Part shown: piece by piece, positions 9,474 through 18,394 of the stretch
How the letters are laid out: every line of letters starts with the position of its first letter
Position numbering within the stretch: the first letter of the stretch is position 1
Source of the DNA: a virus
DNA length: 64,000 bases
Direction: 5' to 3' (one strand)
IMG/VR virus record: IMGVR_UViG_3300023179_000012
Made by a program: the position numbers and the translations under genes
The notes under the pieces: model-generated
What the model was told of the DNA's origin: nothing
Databases searched by the model: none
Seen by the model: only the letters and a program-made list of their open reading frames with translations

Positions 9474-9825
9474 ATTCTTGGTATAAATAGATATAAAGAA
9501 TCATATAACAAATTATGCAGAGAGGAATGATAATGTGTCCATAATCTTTCATATATCCTAGATTGTAGTGACCCATAATTTGTTAACCTGTTAGTGTTCT
9601 ATTCGGGGTGAGAGGAATATTATTTTTGTTTATGTTCTTTATTGTCAATTCCAAAGTATTCTAATACTGATTTGCATGTGCCACAAGTTCCTTTTTTCTT
9701 TCGGTTCTTGTTACTATTATAATTACATTTGGCTTTGTGTTTTTTCTTATTTGATTTTGTCATAAAATTTCGCTGACTGTGACCATCAAATCCAAACCGA
9801 AAGGTTGGGCTGGAACAATATGAGA

Positions 9826-10011
9826 TTATTCTGTATCTTTGTGTTCAAGTTTCGGAATCATGCTAGTATCATCATATGATATGCTTTTGATATCAATTAC
9901 AAGAACAGGAGTTTTGTCTGGACTACTCTGTTGAAATTTCTGAACTAAACTATTAATATCAGACAATATCTTTTCGCCGCTAATCCCCTTATTCAAAACA
10001 TAATATCTCAT
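9826..10011 (-). CDS. hypothetical protein
   Basis: Minus-strand ORF downstream of a promoter-like region. Confidence 0.5.
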   Translation of the reverse strand: MRYYVLNKGISGEKILSDINSLVQKFQQSSPDKTPVLVIDIKSISYDDTSMIPKLEHKDTE

Positions 10012-10140
10012 AAGACTTCATTATCTCGCTGACTACGACCAAAAAAACCAATCTTGGTATATAGGGTGATACAATTTCAAAGACCCTAAAAAATTCGCTG
10101 ACTACAACCACCAGAACAAAATCCGTAGGATTGGGCGAGA

Positions 10141-10335
10141 CTATGATAAGTCATCTTTATAATCTTCCTCAAGAATTACAGAATAATTATCTTCCATAAA
10201 TTTAACATCATCATTACTCTGTTTCTCAATAAATGGTTTTTCTATAATCACATATTCTGGTTCAAAGAATATGGAATATAGTATGCAAGAGGTTCCAATT
10301 ATTGTTAGGATTATAATAACGGTTAACAGAGCCAA
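10141..10335 (-). CDS. small membrane protein
   Basis: N-terminal TM helix, acidic tail. Confidence 0.5.
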   Translation of the reverse strand: MALLTVIIILTIIGTSCILYSIFFEPEYVIIEKPFIEKQSNDDVKFMEDNYSVILEEDYKDDLS

Positions 10336-10976
10336 TGTAGAGTCTTATGTTTAGGGGATAATGTCCTGATGTTCGAGTATTATAGATTGTATATATTCTT
10401 CGGTTGTTATGTAATTGTATTCCATAGTGCTTTTATTCTGATTTAGTTGACAATCAACAACTGGCATGGTATAGTGATGTTTGTTAATATGAATGTCCAA
10501 TGTTTTAACGTCGGGCAAACTTACTATAACCAATGGCCAAATATAGTTATTGATTATCATAGAATCATGATGGCGAGCAACAATGAATCTGTTGAATACC
10601 AGCCGCGATTCCAAAACCAAAAGCAATGAAAAATGCTACGGCCAAAACGATCTCCTTAAAATGGTTTACTACTACTTCGAATCCACCACACTCACCCGTA
10701 TTGTAACATACGCGGCGTTGTGACGCAACTCCTTGGTTCATAAGGACTTACAATCACGATCCTCAATCAAAATTTTTTATTAAGATGGTTTTCGTCCTTG
10801 ACAACCACTGGTTTCTCTAATACTCTTATGCAGAGAGTTAAGTAACACTATAGAGATAAGAAGTACAATAGATACAATATAGAGTATTATAGAATCTATG
10901 TATCTTACATCAACTCTAACACCACCAACTTGACAACTCTCCTCCCTGCATTACTATAAATCACACTCACAGTTGG

Positions 10977-11177
10977 TTAGATTTTAGTCAAATCCAAATT
11001 CCAGTTTTTCTTGGCAAACCGTTTTAGAGGATGCAAACCTTTTTCACCAACATGAAATGAATAAAATTCTTTACTCTTGTCAGGATGATAAATTTTTGCA
11101 AGGCTACCTCCATTACTATATTCAATATTATAGCCTAGTTTTTCTAATTGTTTCAGTACTTGATGAACATTTTTCAT
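10977..11177 (-). CDS. HicA-like small protein
   Basis: MK.V..VLKQLEKLGY...GGSLAKIYHPD resembles HicA; the GSH His is replaced by Leu. Confidence 0.45.
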   Translation of the reverse strand: MKNVHQVLKQLEKLGYNIEYSNGGSLAKIYHPDKSKEFYSFHVGEKGLHPLKRFAKKNWNLDLTKI

Positions 11178-11584
11178 GATAGATATCCTTGGTCTTTAAA
11201 GTAACCCAGAGTTGTTATAAGATATGGCACAAGATTCTTGTTTCTATAAAGATTCAAGATCTCATCATAACTAGCCCAAAAGTATTCACTATGCTCATAG
11301 TTTAGAATAACATTTGGATTAAAGATTCTAGAAGCAAAAACAACCTTGCTACTGTTGTTCTTGTAACTAATAGTACAGGATACCAAACTGTCTAATAGTA
11401 ATCCTGTTTCTTCTAGCGTTTCTCTCCGCACAGTTTGCTCTAGACTTTCATCACCATCTTTTCCACCACCCGGTAAACAATATTTATTTGGTTGCCAAGG
11501 TGCTGTGCTTCCCCGCTTTAGTAACAATACTTTATTATTGTGAAAGATTCCAATAGTTGCTGATCTTTGAGTTTTAACTATCAT
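11174..11584 (-). CDS. NUDIX hydrolase
   Basis: Nudix box GGKDGDESLEQTVRRETLEETGL. Confidence 0.9.
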   Translation of the reverse strand: MIVKTQRSATIGIFHNNKVLLLKRGSTAPWQPNKYCLPGGGKDGDESLEQTVRRETLEETGLLLDSLVSCTISYKNNSSKVVFASRIFNPNVILNYEHSEYFWASYDEILNLYRNKNLVPYLITTLGYFKDQGYLS

Positions 11585-12411
11585 ATTAAAATTCCTTATT
11601 GGGTGGAAAATCTTTTACCGAATACAATTCCACAGTCTCATTATAATCAAGACCCAAATATTGACTTAATTCAGTATCCACAAGAGAGTCCCAATATTCT
11701 TTAGGATCAGTACCATGTTCACTATTATAAGTAATCTTAAGTGTCACATAGGATGTTTTTAGCATTATTCAAACTCCTTGATTGATAGAATGTTTTCAGA
11801 ACCAAAGTCACCGAAGAATTCAGGATCAGTATATAGTTTATCATTTAAATATTCTGGAATATGACTATCCTTAATATCATCATCAATAACCAATTCCATA
11901 TTAATAGTAATAACCTTCATTCTTCTCCCCTTTGAATTCTATCAAGATAAATATTTGCCGTTCTAATATAAGCCTTAAGACTCTCAAGATACTGCTGATT
12001 ATTAGTATCCTGATAGAATCTCACTTGATCACCAATCTTATTGGCCACATAAAGAAGAGCCTCACTATTATTCATAGAATTTTTCCTTTCTGCAAAATCA
12101 CAAAGACCTTGGTTTTTCGCTGACTATCACTAAGACCGCCAAATCCGCAGGATTGAGTAAGACTTATATTAGATTTGAAAAATAGAAATACAGATTATAA
12201 TCCTATTATTCTATTATTATTCCTAAGTCCTTTAGCATCAACCACTTACGTTTCATTGTATCGTCTACTAGGTCGCTTGTCCATCACCATTTTTAAGAAT
12301 CTTCGACAAAGTTTCGTAACCCATTGTGGATATTGGACTTACGACAAAATTTCGCCGCCGGGTTTGTCATAAGTCCTTGTCTGACAAGCACTTACAACAA
12401 ATGGCGTGAGG

Positions 12412-12458
12412 GTGGAAACCGCCGTAGGTTATTCCCTCTTTCCCTACGGCGGCTCCAC
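12412..12458. terminator. GC-rich hairpin after the DUF932 gene (terminator or processing site)
   Basis: CCGCCGTAGG/CCTACGGCGG 10-bp stem; no clear U-tract. Confidence 0.45.
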
Positions 12459-12476
12459 TATCTCCACGAAAGAGCA

Positions 12477-13421
12477 TCAGATTGCGTTGGCAAACTCTAG
12501 AGCAGATTCCAACGCCTTATTATTATCATTGGCATTTTGACCGAACCACAAACTATCAAGGCGATTATCAGTGGTGCGACCCTTACCATAGTTCAGATAT
12601 TCATTGAACCCGTTATAGGCGGCCCACCAAGTACCGCGAACATTAGCCGCAGTCTGTTTCGGGCCTTCGATACGAGCCAGAATATCATCCATAATATTAC
12701 GGGTACGAGTCTTAATATCCTCGTCAGCACCCTTAATATTCAGGACAACCTTAACATACTTCTCAATATCCTTCTGGTTGAAACTCTTGCTAGCAAGGAA
12801 CCGATACTGTTCCGCAGTAGCCTCAAAACCAGCGTTAATATTATCCATAATATCGCGGACTTGTTCCAGATTCTTCTGGCTGGAGCGAGTGTGGCGAATA
12901 CGGATCAGTTTGCTATCATTATGCTTGTGAGCATACGACAGCGTGTTCACGCAGACCACGCGAATCGGAGTGTATCCGACACGAATAGCCGTTGTACCGT
13001 CGTGACTATTACTCAGCAGGATAAACTTGCTAACCTCATCACCCGGAACAATCTCGCTATTATCTCGGTTGAGTTGAGCAAGCACCCAGACCTTTTGACC
13101 GAGATGCAGCGATCCGGCAGTATGGATCGAACACTCGTTAGCGTCGAGGAAAGGCTGGAACCAATCAAACGCATCCTTATTCTGGAGCGGAGTATAACGA
13201 GGGCCGACAACGCCAAGGATGCTGCCATCGCTCTTGCGATAGGTCGCACGATGGTTCACAGGCGTACCGTCAACGGTCTGCAAATCCTTCAGACCTACTT
13301 CCCAATCCAGACCAGCAGCGACGATAGCATCATTCACATTGATACCCTCGTCAACGCTATTGCCAAGGCCATGCCAAGGCGTCTCACCAACAAACATCAT
13401 CTTTTCAACAGCAGCAGGCAT
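12477..13421 (-). CDS. DUF932/DUF945 family phage/plasmid-like protein (TIGR03299-like)
   Basis: MPAAVEKMMFVGETPWHGLG start; LLSNSHDGT; PIRVVCVNTL. Confidence 0.9.
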   Translation of the reverse strand: MPAAVEKMMFVGETPWHGLGNSVDEGINVNDAIVAAGLDWEVGLKDLQTVDGTPVNHRATYRKSDGSILGVVGPRYTPLQNKDAFDWFQPFLDANECSIHTAGSLHLGQKVWVLAQLNRDNSEIVPGDEVSKFILLSNSHDGTTAIRVGYTPIRVVCVNTLSYAHKHNDSKLIRIRHTRSSQKNLEQVRDIMDNINAGFEATAEQYRFLASKSFNQKDIEKYVKVVLNIKGADEDIKTRTRNIMDDILARIEGPKQTAANVRGTWWAAYNGFNEYLNYGKGRTTDNRLDSLWFGQNANDNNKALESALEFANAI

Positions 13422-13584
13422 AACTAACTCCTTCGTGTTTAACTTCTTCGTTCCGATGCACTGATTCTACCATCTAGTATCGTCTAGTCAAGCGGCAAAA
13501 CTTGTGAAAAAATTTTTTTGTTCTAAGTCATTGATTGGCAAGTACTTACGCTTCGGCCGCCGCCACCAACTGGACGTAAGTCCT

Positions 13585-14088
13585 TTAGTGATCTAGGTTT
13601 AGGAGCGGAACCCCGAGATCACGCTTGCAGAGTTTAGAACCATCCTCATCATTACGATAAGCACATTCGTTAGGCAGATAGCAATACACACCAACACAAT
13701 GAGAACACGAGTATTCATCCTTGATTACTTTTTTAATATGTTTTACGGTTCCACCAGAACAGATTAAATCGTCTAATATAATATATTGAAAAGGGGCCAC
13801 TCCCTCGGTACGAAACTCTGAATAGCATTGTTCCCCCTTTCTTACCACAACAATATTCTTGTTGAGTAACTCTGCGATTTGTGGAACCACCATCAATCCA
13901 CTTACACCGCAGCAGGCAATACTATCAAAGTCTTTGGCAATCTTTCGCAGATCACACACGGCCTTAATAATAATCTTATTTCTAGCCTTATGATTTAAAA
14001 CGTGACAGGTATGGCTAGCACCCTGAATATATTTTCCTTCTGTAGTTTTACGAACATCCTCAATCTGATTATTCAAAATATTGGTCAT
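13585..14088 (-). CDS. type I phosphoribosyltransferase
   Basis: PRPP-binding loop IILDDLICSGGT; upstream VVVRK. Confidence 0.85.
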   Translation of the reverse strand: MTNILNNQIEDVRKTTEGKYIQGASHTCHVLNHKARNKIIIKAVCDLRKIAKDFDSIACCGVSGLMVVPQIAELLNKNIVVVRKGEQCYSEFRTEGVAPFQYIILDDLICSGGTVKHIKKVIKDEYSCSHCVGVYCYLPNECAYRNDEDGSKLCKRDLGVPLLNLDH

Positions 14089-14093
14089 AAAAA

Positions 14094-14184
14094 CGATGGA
14101 CGGCCGGATTCGAACCGACTAAGAAAGGAAAGATAAAGCGATATGCTTATAATAGAATACTTGTCCCACCAAGTTGCATCCATC
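14094..14184 (-). ncRNA. tRNA-like RNA with 8-bp acceptor stem and canonical T arm but no anticodon arm
   Basis: GATGGATG/CGTCCATC, ACTTG/CAAGT D-like stem, GTCGG-TTCGAAT-CCGGC, G discriminator. Confidence 0.55.
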
Positions 14185-14197
14185 AGACGAGAAAGGG

Positions 14198-14365
14198 CTA
14201 TTCGTTATCTAGTTCATCCACTACATTATGATAATAGTGTTCGTACTCTTTTTCATCCTCAAAATCATCATAATCTGGTTCGTCAGAATAGTCAGCATAA
14301 TCATAGAGTTCTTCTGAATCTTCCACAATACGATCATAATCAAACTCATATTCATTTTCAAACAT
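14198..14365 (-). CDS. highly acidic small protein
   Basis: 25 of 55 residues D/E; start moved to MFENEY because the longer ORF overlaps tRNA-Lys. Confidence 0.6.
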   Translation of the reverse strand: MFENEYEFDYDRIVEDSEELYDYADYSDEPDYDDFEDEKEYEHYYHNVVDELDNE

Positions 14366-14416
14366 AGCCACTTTCTCCTTTTCCACTATCATACACCAAC
14401 GAACACGATTGTCAAG

Positions 14417-14487
14417 TAGGGGCCGAAGGTAACGCTCCTTCTTCAATAGATTAAAAGTCTATTGCATCACTTTAATGCTTGACCCCC
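14417..14487 (-). tRNA. tRNA-Lys(UUU), atypical T loop
   Basis: Cloverleaf; anticodon loop CTTTTAA; T loop AGCGTTA. Confidence 0.8.
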
Positions 14488-14591
14488 GCGAGGAAATCCA
14501 TTATACCAAGTATTATCGGTTTGTCAAGACCAAAAACTTGAATCTTTCGCTGACTATCGCCAAGACTGCAAATCCGAAGGATAGGGTAAAA

Positions 14592-14662
14592 CAAAGGCGG
14601 AGGGAATCGAACCCTCATCTACGGTTTTGGAGACCGTCATTCTACCGTTGAACTACGCCAAT
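14592..14662 (-). tRNA. tRNA-Trp(CCA), two acceptor-stem mismatches
   Basis: Loop CTCCAAA; T arm GAGGG-TTCGATT-CCCTC; acceptor ATTGGCG/CGCCTTT. Confidence 0.8.
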
Positions 14663-14813
14663 GTTCGTAACTCAGACCGTCAGCCTCCGGTTTGCTATCA
14701 TACTCTATTATCGACAAGAAGCAAGTGAATTCTTTAGTTTTTCTAAGTCTAATCGTACCAAGCACTTATAACTATATCGCGCCGCCATATTTTACCTAAG
14801 TCCTTTATCTATA

Positions 14814-14884
14814 AGCGGATAGAGAGAATCGAACTCTCGTCAACTGATTGGAAATCAGTGGCTCTACCATTGAGCTACATCCGC
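14814..14884 (-). tRNA. tRNA-Gly(UCC)
   Basis: Canonical cloverleaf; loop TTTCCAA. Confidence 0.95.
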
Positions 14885-14887
14885 AAA

Positions 14888-14974
14888 CGGAATCTGAGGG
14901 ATTCGAACCCCCGGAGGATTTTAACCCTCGGCGGTTTAGTAAACCGCTGCCTTAAACCACTCGGCCAAGATTCC
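14888..14974 (-). tRNA. tRNA-Ser(ACU)
   Basis: Long variable arm, GGA acceptor start, G73; loop TTACTAA. Confidence 0.9.
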
Positions 14975-14977
14975 AAA

Positions 14978-15049
14978 CTGGCTCGGTAGGACTCGAACCT
15001 ACAACCGGGCGGTTAACAGCCGCCAGCTCGACCATTGAGCTACGAGCCA
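14978..15049 (-). tRNA. tRNA-Asn(GUU)
   Basis: Canonical cloverleaf; loop CTGTTAA. Confidence 0.95.
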
Positions 15050-15052
15050 ATA

Positions 15053-15123
15053 TTCCGGGACTACGATTTGAACGTAGAATAAAGGATCCAAAGTCCTCTG
15101 TGATACCGTTTCACCATCCCGGA
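15053..15123 (-). tRNA. tRNA-Gln(UUG)
   Basis: Cloverleaf; loop CTTTGGA; T loop TTCAAAT. Confidence 0.9.
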
Positions 15124-15124
15124 G

Positions 15125-15196
15125 AGCCGACAGAGGGAATCGAACCCCCGACAGGTTGTTTACAAAACAACTACTCTACCACTGAGTTACGTCGGC
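15125..15196 (-). tRNA. tRNA-Thr(UGU)
   Basis: Canonical cloverleaf; loop TTTGTAA. Confidence 0.95.
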
Positions 15197-15198
15197 AA

Positions 15199-15399
15199 TC
15201 ATTCATTCATCCCTTTAAGGATTCCAACAATAACAGCCACTCCAAATAAAATACCCAAACCACCAGCACTAAAACACGCTGATACAATCATAAATCCAAG
15301 AACTATCATTACTAAAGTGCCACAACCATTATTATCTGATGGTGGTAATCGTCTGGCATCTCTACCAGCGTCTCGCCAAAGTCCATACGGGAAATACAT
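15199..15399 (-). CDS. small membrane protein
   Basis: Two hydrophobic segments. Confidence 0.55.
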   Translation of the reverse strand: MYFPYGLWRDAGRDARRLPPSDNNGCGTLVMIVLGFMIVSACFSAGGLGILFGVAVIVGILKGMNE

Positions 15400-15406
15400 A
15401 TTTCAC

Positions 15407-15595
15407 CTAAATATCATACTCGTTACGCCATAGTTTGTCAATAGCGTTTCGTGTACGGAGCCGCTTGGGCCTGTTGTCCATAGTTGTATCTCGGTATTCC
15501 TTGTGTCCCGTAGGCACTTCCCACGGTTTCTTGACCTTGATTTTGATAACTTTGCGGCGTCGTGGAATATCGTCGTTGTTCTGGAGCGTAATCAT
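15407..15595 (-). CDS. basic small protein, DNRPKRLRTR family copy 1
   Basis: WEx..GH and DNRPKRLRTR shared with 24177-24347. Confidence 0.7.
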   Translation of the reverse strand: MITLQNNDDIPRRRKVIKIKVKKPWEVPTGHKEYRDTTMDNRPKRLRTRNAIDKLWRNEYDI

Positions 15596-15794
15596 GCCAT
15601 TGTCCGTTTTCGTGAAGATAAAATACTTTGTCTACATTAGGATCGTAAGCCATTAAACAATATTGTATAGGATGCTTTACTGGCGTCAAATGCTTTTGTA
15701 TTATGGGTATTTTGATATCACCCTTTTGATAATCCTTTAATCCAGTATACGCTAGCCCTAAGACAGCAACCACTACGCCAATCCATTGTATCAT
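15438..15794 (-). CDS. membrane-anchored hypothetical protein
   Basis: N-terminal TM helix; its tail overlaps 15407-15595 in another frame. Confidence 0.5.
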   Translation of the reverse strand: MIQWIGVVVAVLGLAYTGLKDYQKGDIKIPIIQKHLTPVKHPIQYCLMAYDPNVDKVFYLHENGQWHDYAPEQRRYSTTPQSYQNQGQETVGSAYGTQGIPRYNYGQQAQAAPYTKRY

Positions 15795-15948
15795 ACCATT
15801 TCCTTTTGTCAATCGTCGCTTCATAGATAGTTTATCGACCACGACGAGAAAAAACTTTAATCGTTCCTAAGTCATTGATTTGCAAGTACTTAGGATTAGA
15901 TGGCCGGGCCGCCCTTGTCCTAAGTCGTTTAGGATCAAGGGGTTACGA

Positions 15949-16191
15949 TTATTCATTATCGTCGCGGCTTAGTTCCCATCCTGCGGCTCTCACAATACTT
16001 TTTGTAGAGATTACATTAGTTTTAGAATCAGCACTAATATAGTCTCTATATCCACGTTCATCAGCATAAAAATATTCATCAATAATATCAAACTTATTAG
16101 TCATTAGCAGTCCCGTGATACTAGCCTCAAGAGCATCCTTACGACTAATAACAACTTCAAGAGTATTACTCTTTACATAAAACTTAGGCAT
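15949..16191 (-). CDS. hypothetical protein
   Basis: Stop 2 nt from the 80-bp repeat. Confidence 0.6.
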   Translation of the reverse strand: MPKFYVKSNTLEVVISRKDALEASITGLLMTNKFDIIDEYFYADERGYRDYISADSKTNVISTKSIVRAAGWELSRDDNE

Positions 16192-16357
16192 GGTTCATCT
16201 CCGTTCCCAAATACTTCATATCCTCATCACAATCCGCACAAACCGGCGTACCAGTATCTTGATACCACCACGGCGTTACATTGATTTCATCCTCACAAGA
16301 AACACAACGCCAAACGTGACGGATTTTAGTATCATCAATAACTTGCCAGATTTCCAT
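16184..16357 (-). CDS. zinc-ribbon small protein (not in ORF track, 57 aa)
   Basis: Hand translation MEIWQVID..CVSC..CADC..; fills the gap in the operon. Confidence 0.65.
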   Translation of the reverse strand: MEIWQVIDDTKIRHVWRCVSCEDEINVTPWWYQDTGTPVCADCDEDMKYLGTEMNHA

Positions 16358-16365
16358 GATAACTC

Positions 16366-17070
16366 CTAGTGGGCAGGAAAGAGAACATTAGCCAGACCGC
16401 GAACACACAAGTCACACGATATACTATCCTTCGTGCCAGTGCAAGTAATAACAGACCGACCACGACGAATCTCGGGACAAGTTACAAACTTTGTGCCGTT
16501 CAGCACAACCAGTTTCGGCAAAGATTTACGCCAAGCCTCGGCCTTGATTTTGCTCTTGGGTCGCTTGGGTGCAATCTTCATATCGCTATCACACCATGCA
16601 AACTTTTTGAAACCTTGTGCAAGAGCCTCACCCATATCATTATCATCATGCACACTAGCATATACATTCATATACTTTTCCAGACTAACAAGCCGGGAAT
16701 CGTAGATATGAGTATAAAACCACATATCGGGCAGCGTGTCACCATCGGCAAGAATACTCTCACACGCCCACGTTACATTAGCAACATAGTCTAGGTCAAG
16801 TTCGCCATTGAGAAACCAGTCGCCACGCTCATGCCAGCGAATAGACTTTTTACGCTTTTTGGCGTCCAGAATCATAGCACGGATTTTGTTTTTCTCCGTG
16901 ACTACGTTAGCAAAACCAGCAACGCGAGCATTTTTATACTGATTCTCGGTAGCCTCGGCATAGCATCCATTATTGAGATAGTCACAGTCTGGAGGGCAAG
17001 TATCGCCAACCGGACGCGAAACCACAATGCAACCCTTACCCAACTTATCGTTACCGTCTGCTGTTTTCAT
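16366..17070 (-). CDS. GP88-like Cys-rich (radical-SAM-like Fe-S) protein
   Basis: TCPPDCDYLNNGCYA, IRWHERGDW, WFYTH, C-terminal CP..C..C..C. Confidence 0.6.
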   Translation of the reverse strand: MKTADGNDKLGKGCIVVSRPVGDTCPPDCDYLNNGCYAEATENQYKNARVAGFANVVTEKNKIRAMILDAKKRKKSIRWHERGDWFLNGELDLDYVANVTWACESILADGDTLPDMWFYTHIYDSRLVSLEKYMNVYASVHDDNDMGEALAQGFKKFAWCDSDMKIAPKRPKSKIKAEAWRKSLPKLVVLNGTKFVTCPEIRRGRSVITCTGTKDSISCDLCVRGLANVLFPAH

Positions 17071-17231
17071 GGCTTTCTCCCTTGGTCTACCGATTCTACA
17101 TTATAGTATCGGCACGGTCAAGCGAAAAACTGTGATAAAAATATTTTTGTTGTAAATCCTTGTGGCATCAGCACTTAGAGCAAAACCGGCCCTCCGAATT
17201 CGTCATAAGTCCTTATGCTTCAATAACTTAG

Positions 17232-17305
17232 CGAGAGCGACGGGACTCGAACCCGCAACCTCTAGCGTGACAGGCTAGCGATCTAACCGATTGATCTACG
17301 CTCCC
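17232..17305 (-). tRNA. tRNA-Asp(GUC)
   Basis: Canonical cloverleaf; loop CTGTCAC. Confidence 0.95.
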
Positions 17306-17676
17306 GAATTATAAATTATGATACCAGCATGTATTTCACTATGACAATTTTTACATACTAATATACATTTATCTAATTCTTTTTTTATTTTAGTTTCATT
17401 TTTAGAGAATGACGTATTCTTTATCTTACTTATATTAAAATCTTTTTTAGATGGATGAATATGATGAAAATCTAAAGATCCAATATATTTATTATATCCA
17501 CATATAATACAAGAACTACCCTTATATTCAACACATTTTGCCTTAAAGGCTCTCTGTCGATCTAGAGTATTCTGATGATTACACTTCCTACAATAACTTT
17601 GTATTTTCCCCTTACGATTACCAGATTTTACCTTATATGGTTTCTTTTCTATTTGACCACATTTTACGCATTTCAT
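17296..17676 (-). CDS. HNH endonuclease (putative homing endonuclease in tRNA cluster)
   Basis: CIICGY..LDFHHIHP..KCILVCKNCHSEIH; N-terminal CxxC..CxxC. Confidence 0.85.
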   Translation of the reverse strand: MKCVKCGQIEKKPYKVKSGNRKGKIQSYCRKCNHQNTLDRQRAFKAKCVEYKGSSCIICGYNKYIGSLDFHHIHPSKKDFNISKIKNTSFSKNETKIKKELDKCILVCKNCHSEIHAGIIIYNSGA

Positions 17677-17729
17677 ATTTTACCTCATGGATAGAATCTA
17701 AATATCTATCCATATTATACACCAATAAA

Positions 17730-17802
17730 TACTGCCGGAAGGATTTGCACCCTCGTGAGTCAACTTAGAAGGTTGATGCCTAATCTACTCGGCCACGGCA
17801 GC
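17730..17802 (-). tRNA. tRNA-Arg(UCU), atypical T loop
   Basis: Loop CTTCTAA; T loop TGCAAAT. Confidence 0.85.
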
Positions 17803-17866
17803 ATAAAACCGATAGCCGCCAGTTATTCACCAGCGGTCTATCGGATATTATAACATTATATTATGC

Positions 17867-18121
17867 TCAGGCAACAGCCTCGGCTTCCGATTCAACCTTG
17901 CCATTATGAGCATCCCCAGCCTGCTTCGCAGTCACACCAGTGACCCTAGCACGCCATACCTTATAACCCTGCTCGCTAAAAGCCTTGACTTCTCCAGCCT
18001 TGACGTTAGCATGAACGTCGCTGGGCAGAGCATCGGTCAGACAGGTGGAGATCGAATCCACCACAACCTCACGGTCAAGATCATCGGCAACAATATCAAC
18101 AACAAAAGAAAACTTCTTCAT
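17867..18121 (-). CDS. hypothetical protein
   Basis: Start set at MKKFSF, downstream of promoter 18254-18281. Confidence 0.6.
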   Translation of the reverse strand: MKKFSFVVDIVADDLDREVVVDSISTCLTDALPSDVHANVKAGEVKAFSEQGYKVWRARVTGVTAKQAGDAHNGKVESEAEAVA

Positions 18122-18394
18122 GGTAAAACCTTTCCAAGTAATAGTAGTAAACCCAACAAACACATTATACAAGAACCACAATCGCTTGTCAAGTTGCCAA
18201 TCCGAACTTTCTTAGTGTTGGGATCGGTTGGTCGCTTGTCTTGCGATGCTATCAGTATACCATTGTTATCGTCATTGTCAACAGCGGCTCGTGAATGTTT
18301 TTTTGCTTTTTTCCTAAATCATTGAACCATAAGCACTTACGTCAAAATCCCGCCGCCGTCCTTGCTCTAAGTCCTTTAGTAGCAAGGCTTTAAG

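Noticed and set aside
12537-13427. 296-aa plus-strand ORF
   Set aside because: Antisense shadow of the DUF932 gene; no recognisable motifs
14094-14184. Functional tRNA-Sec or suppressor tRNA
   Set aside because: No UCA, CUA or UUA anticodon loop can be folded
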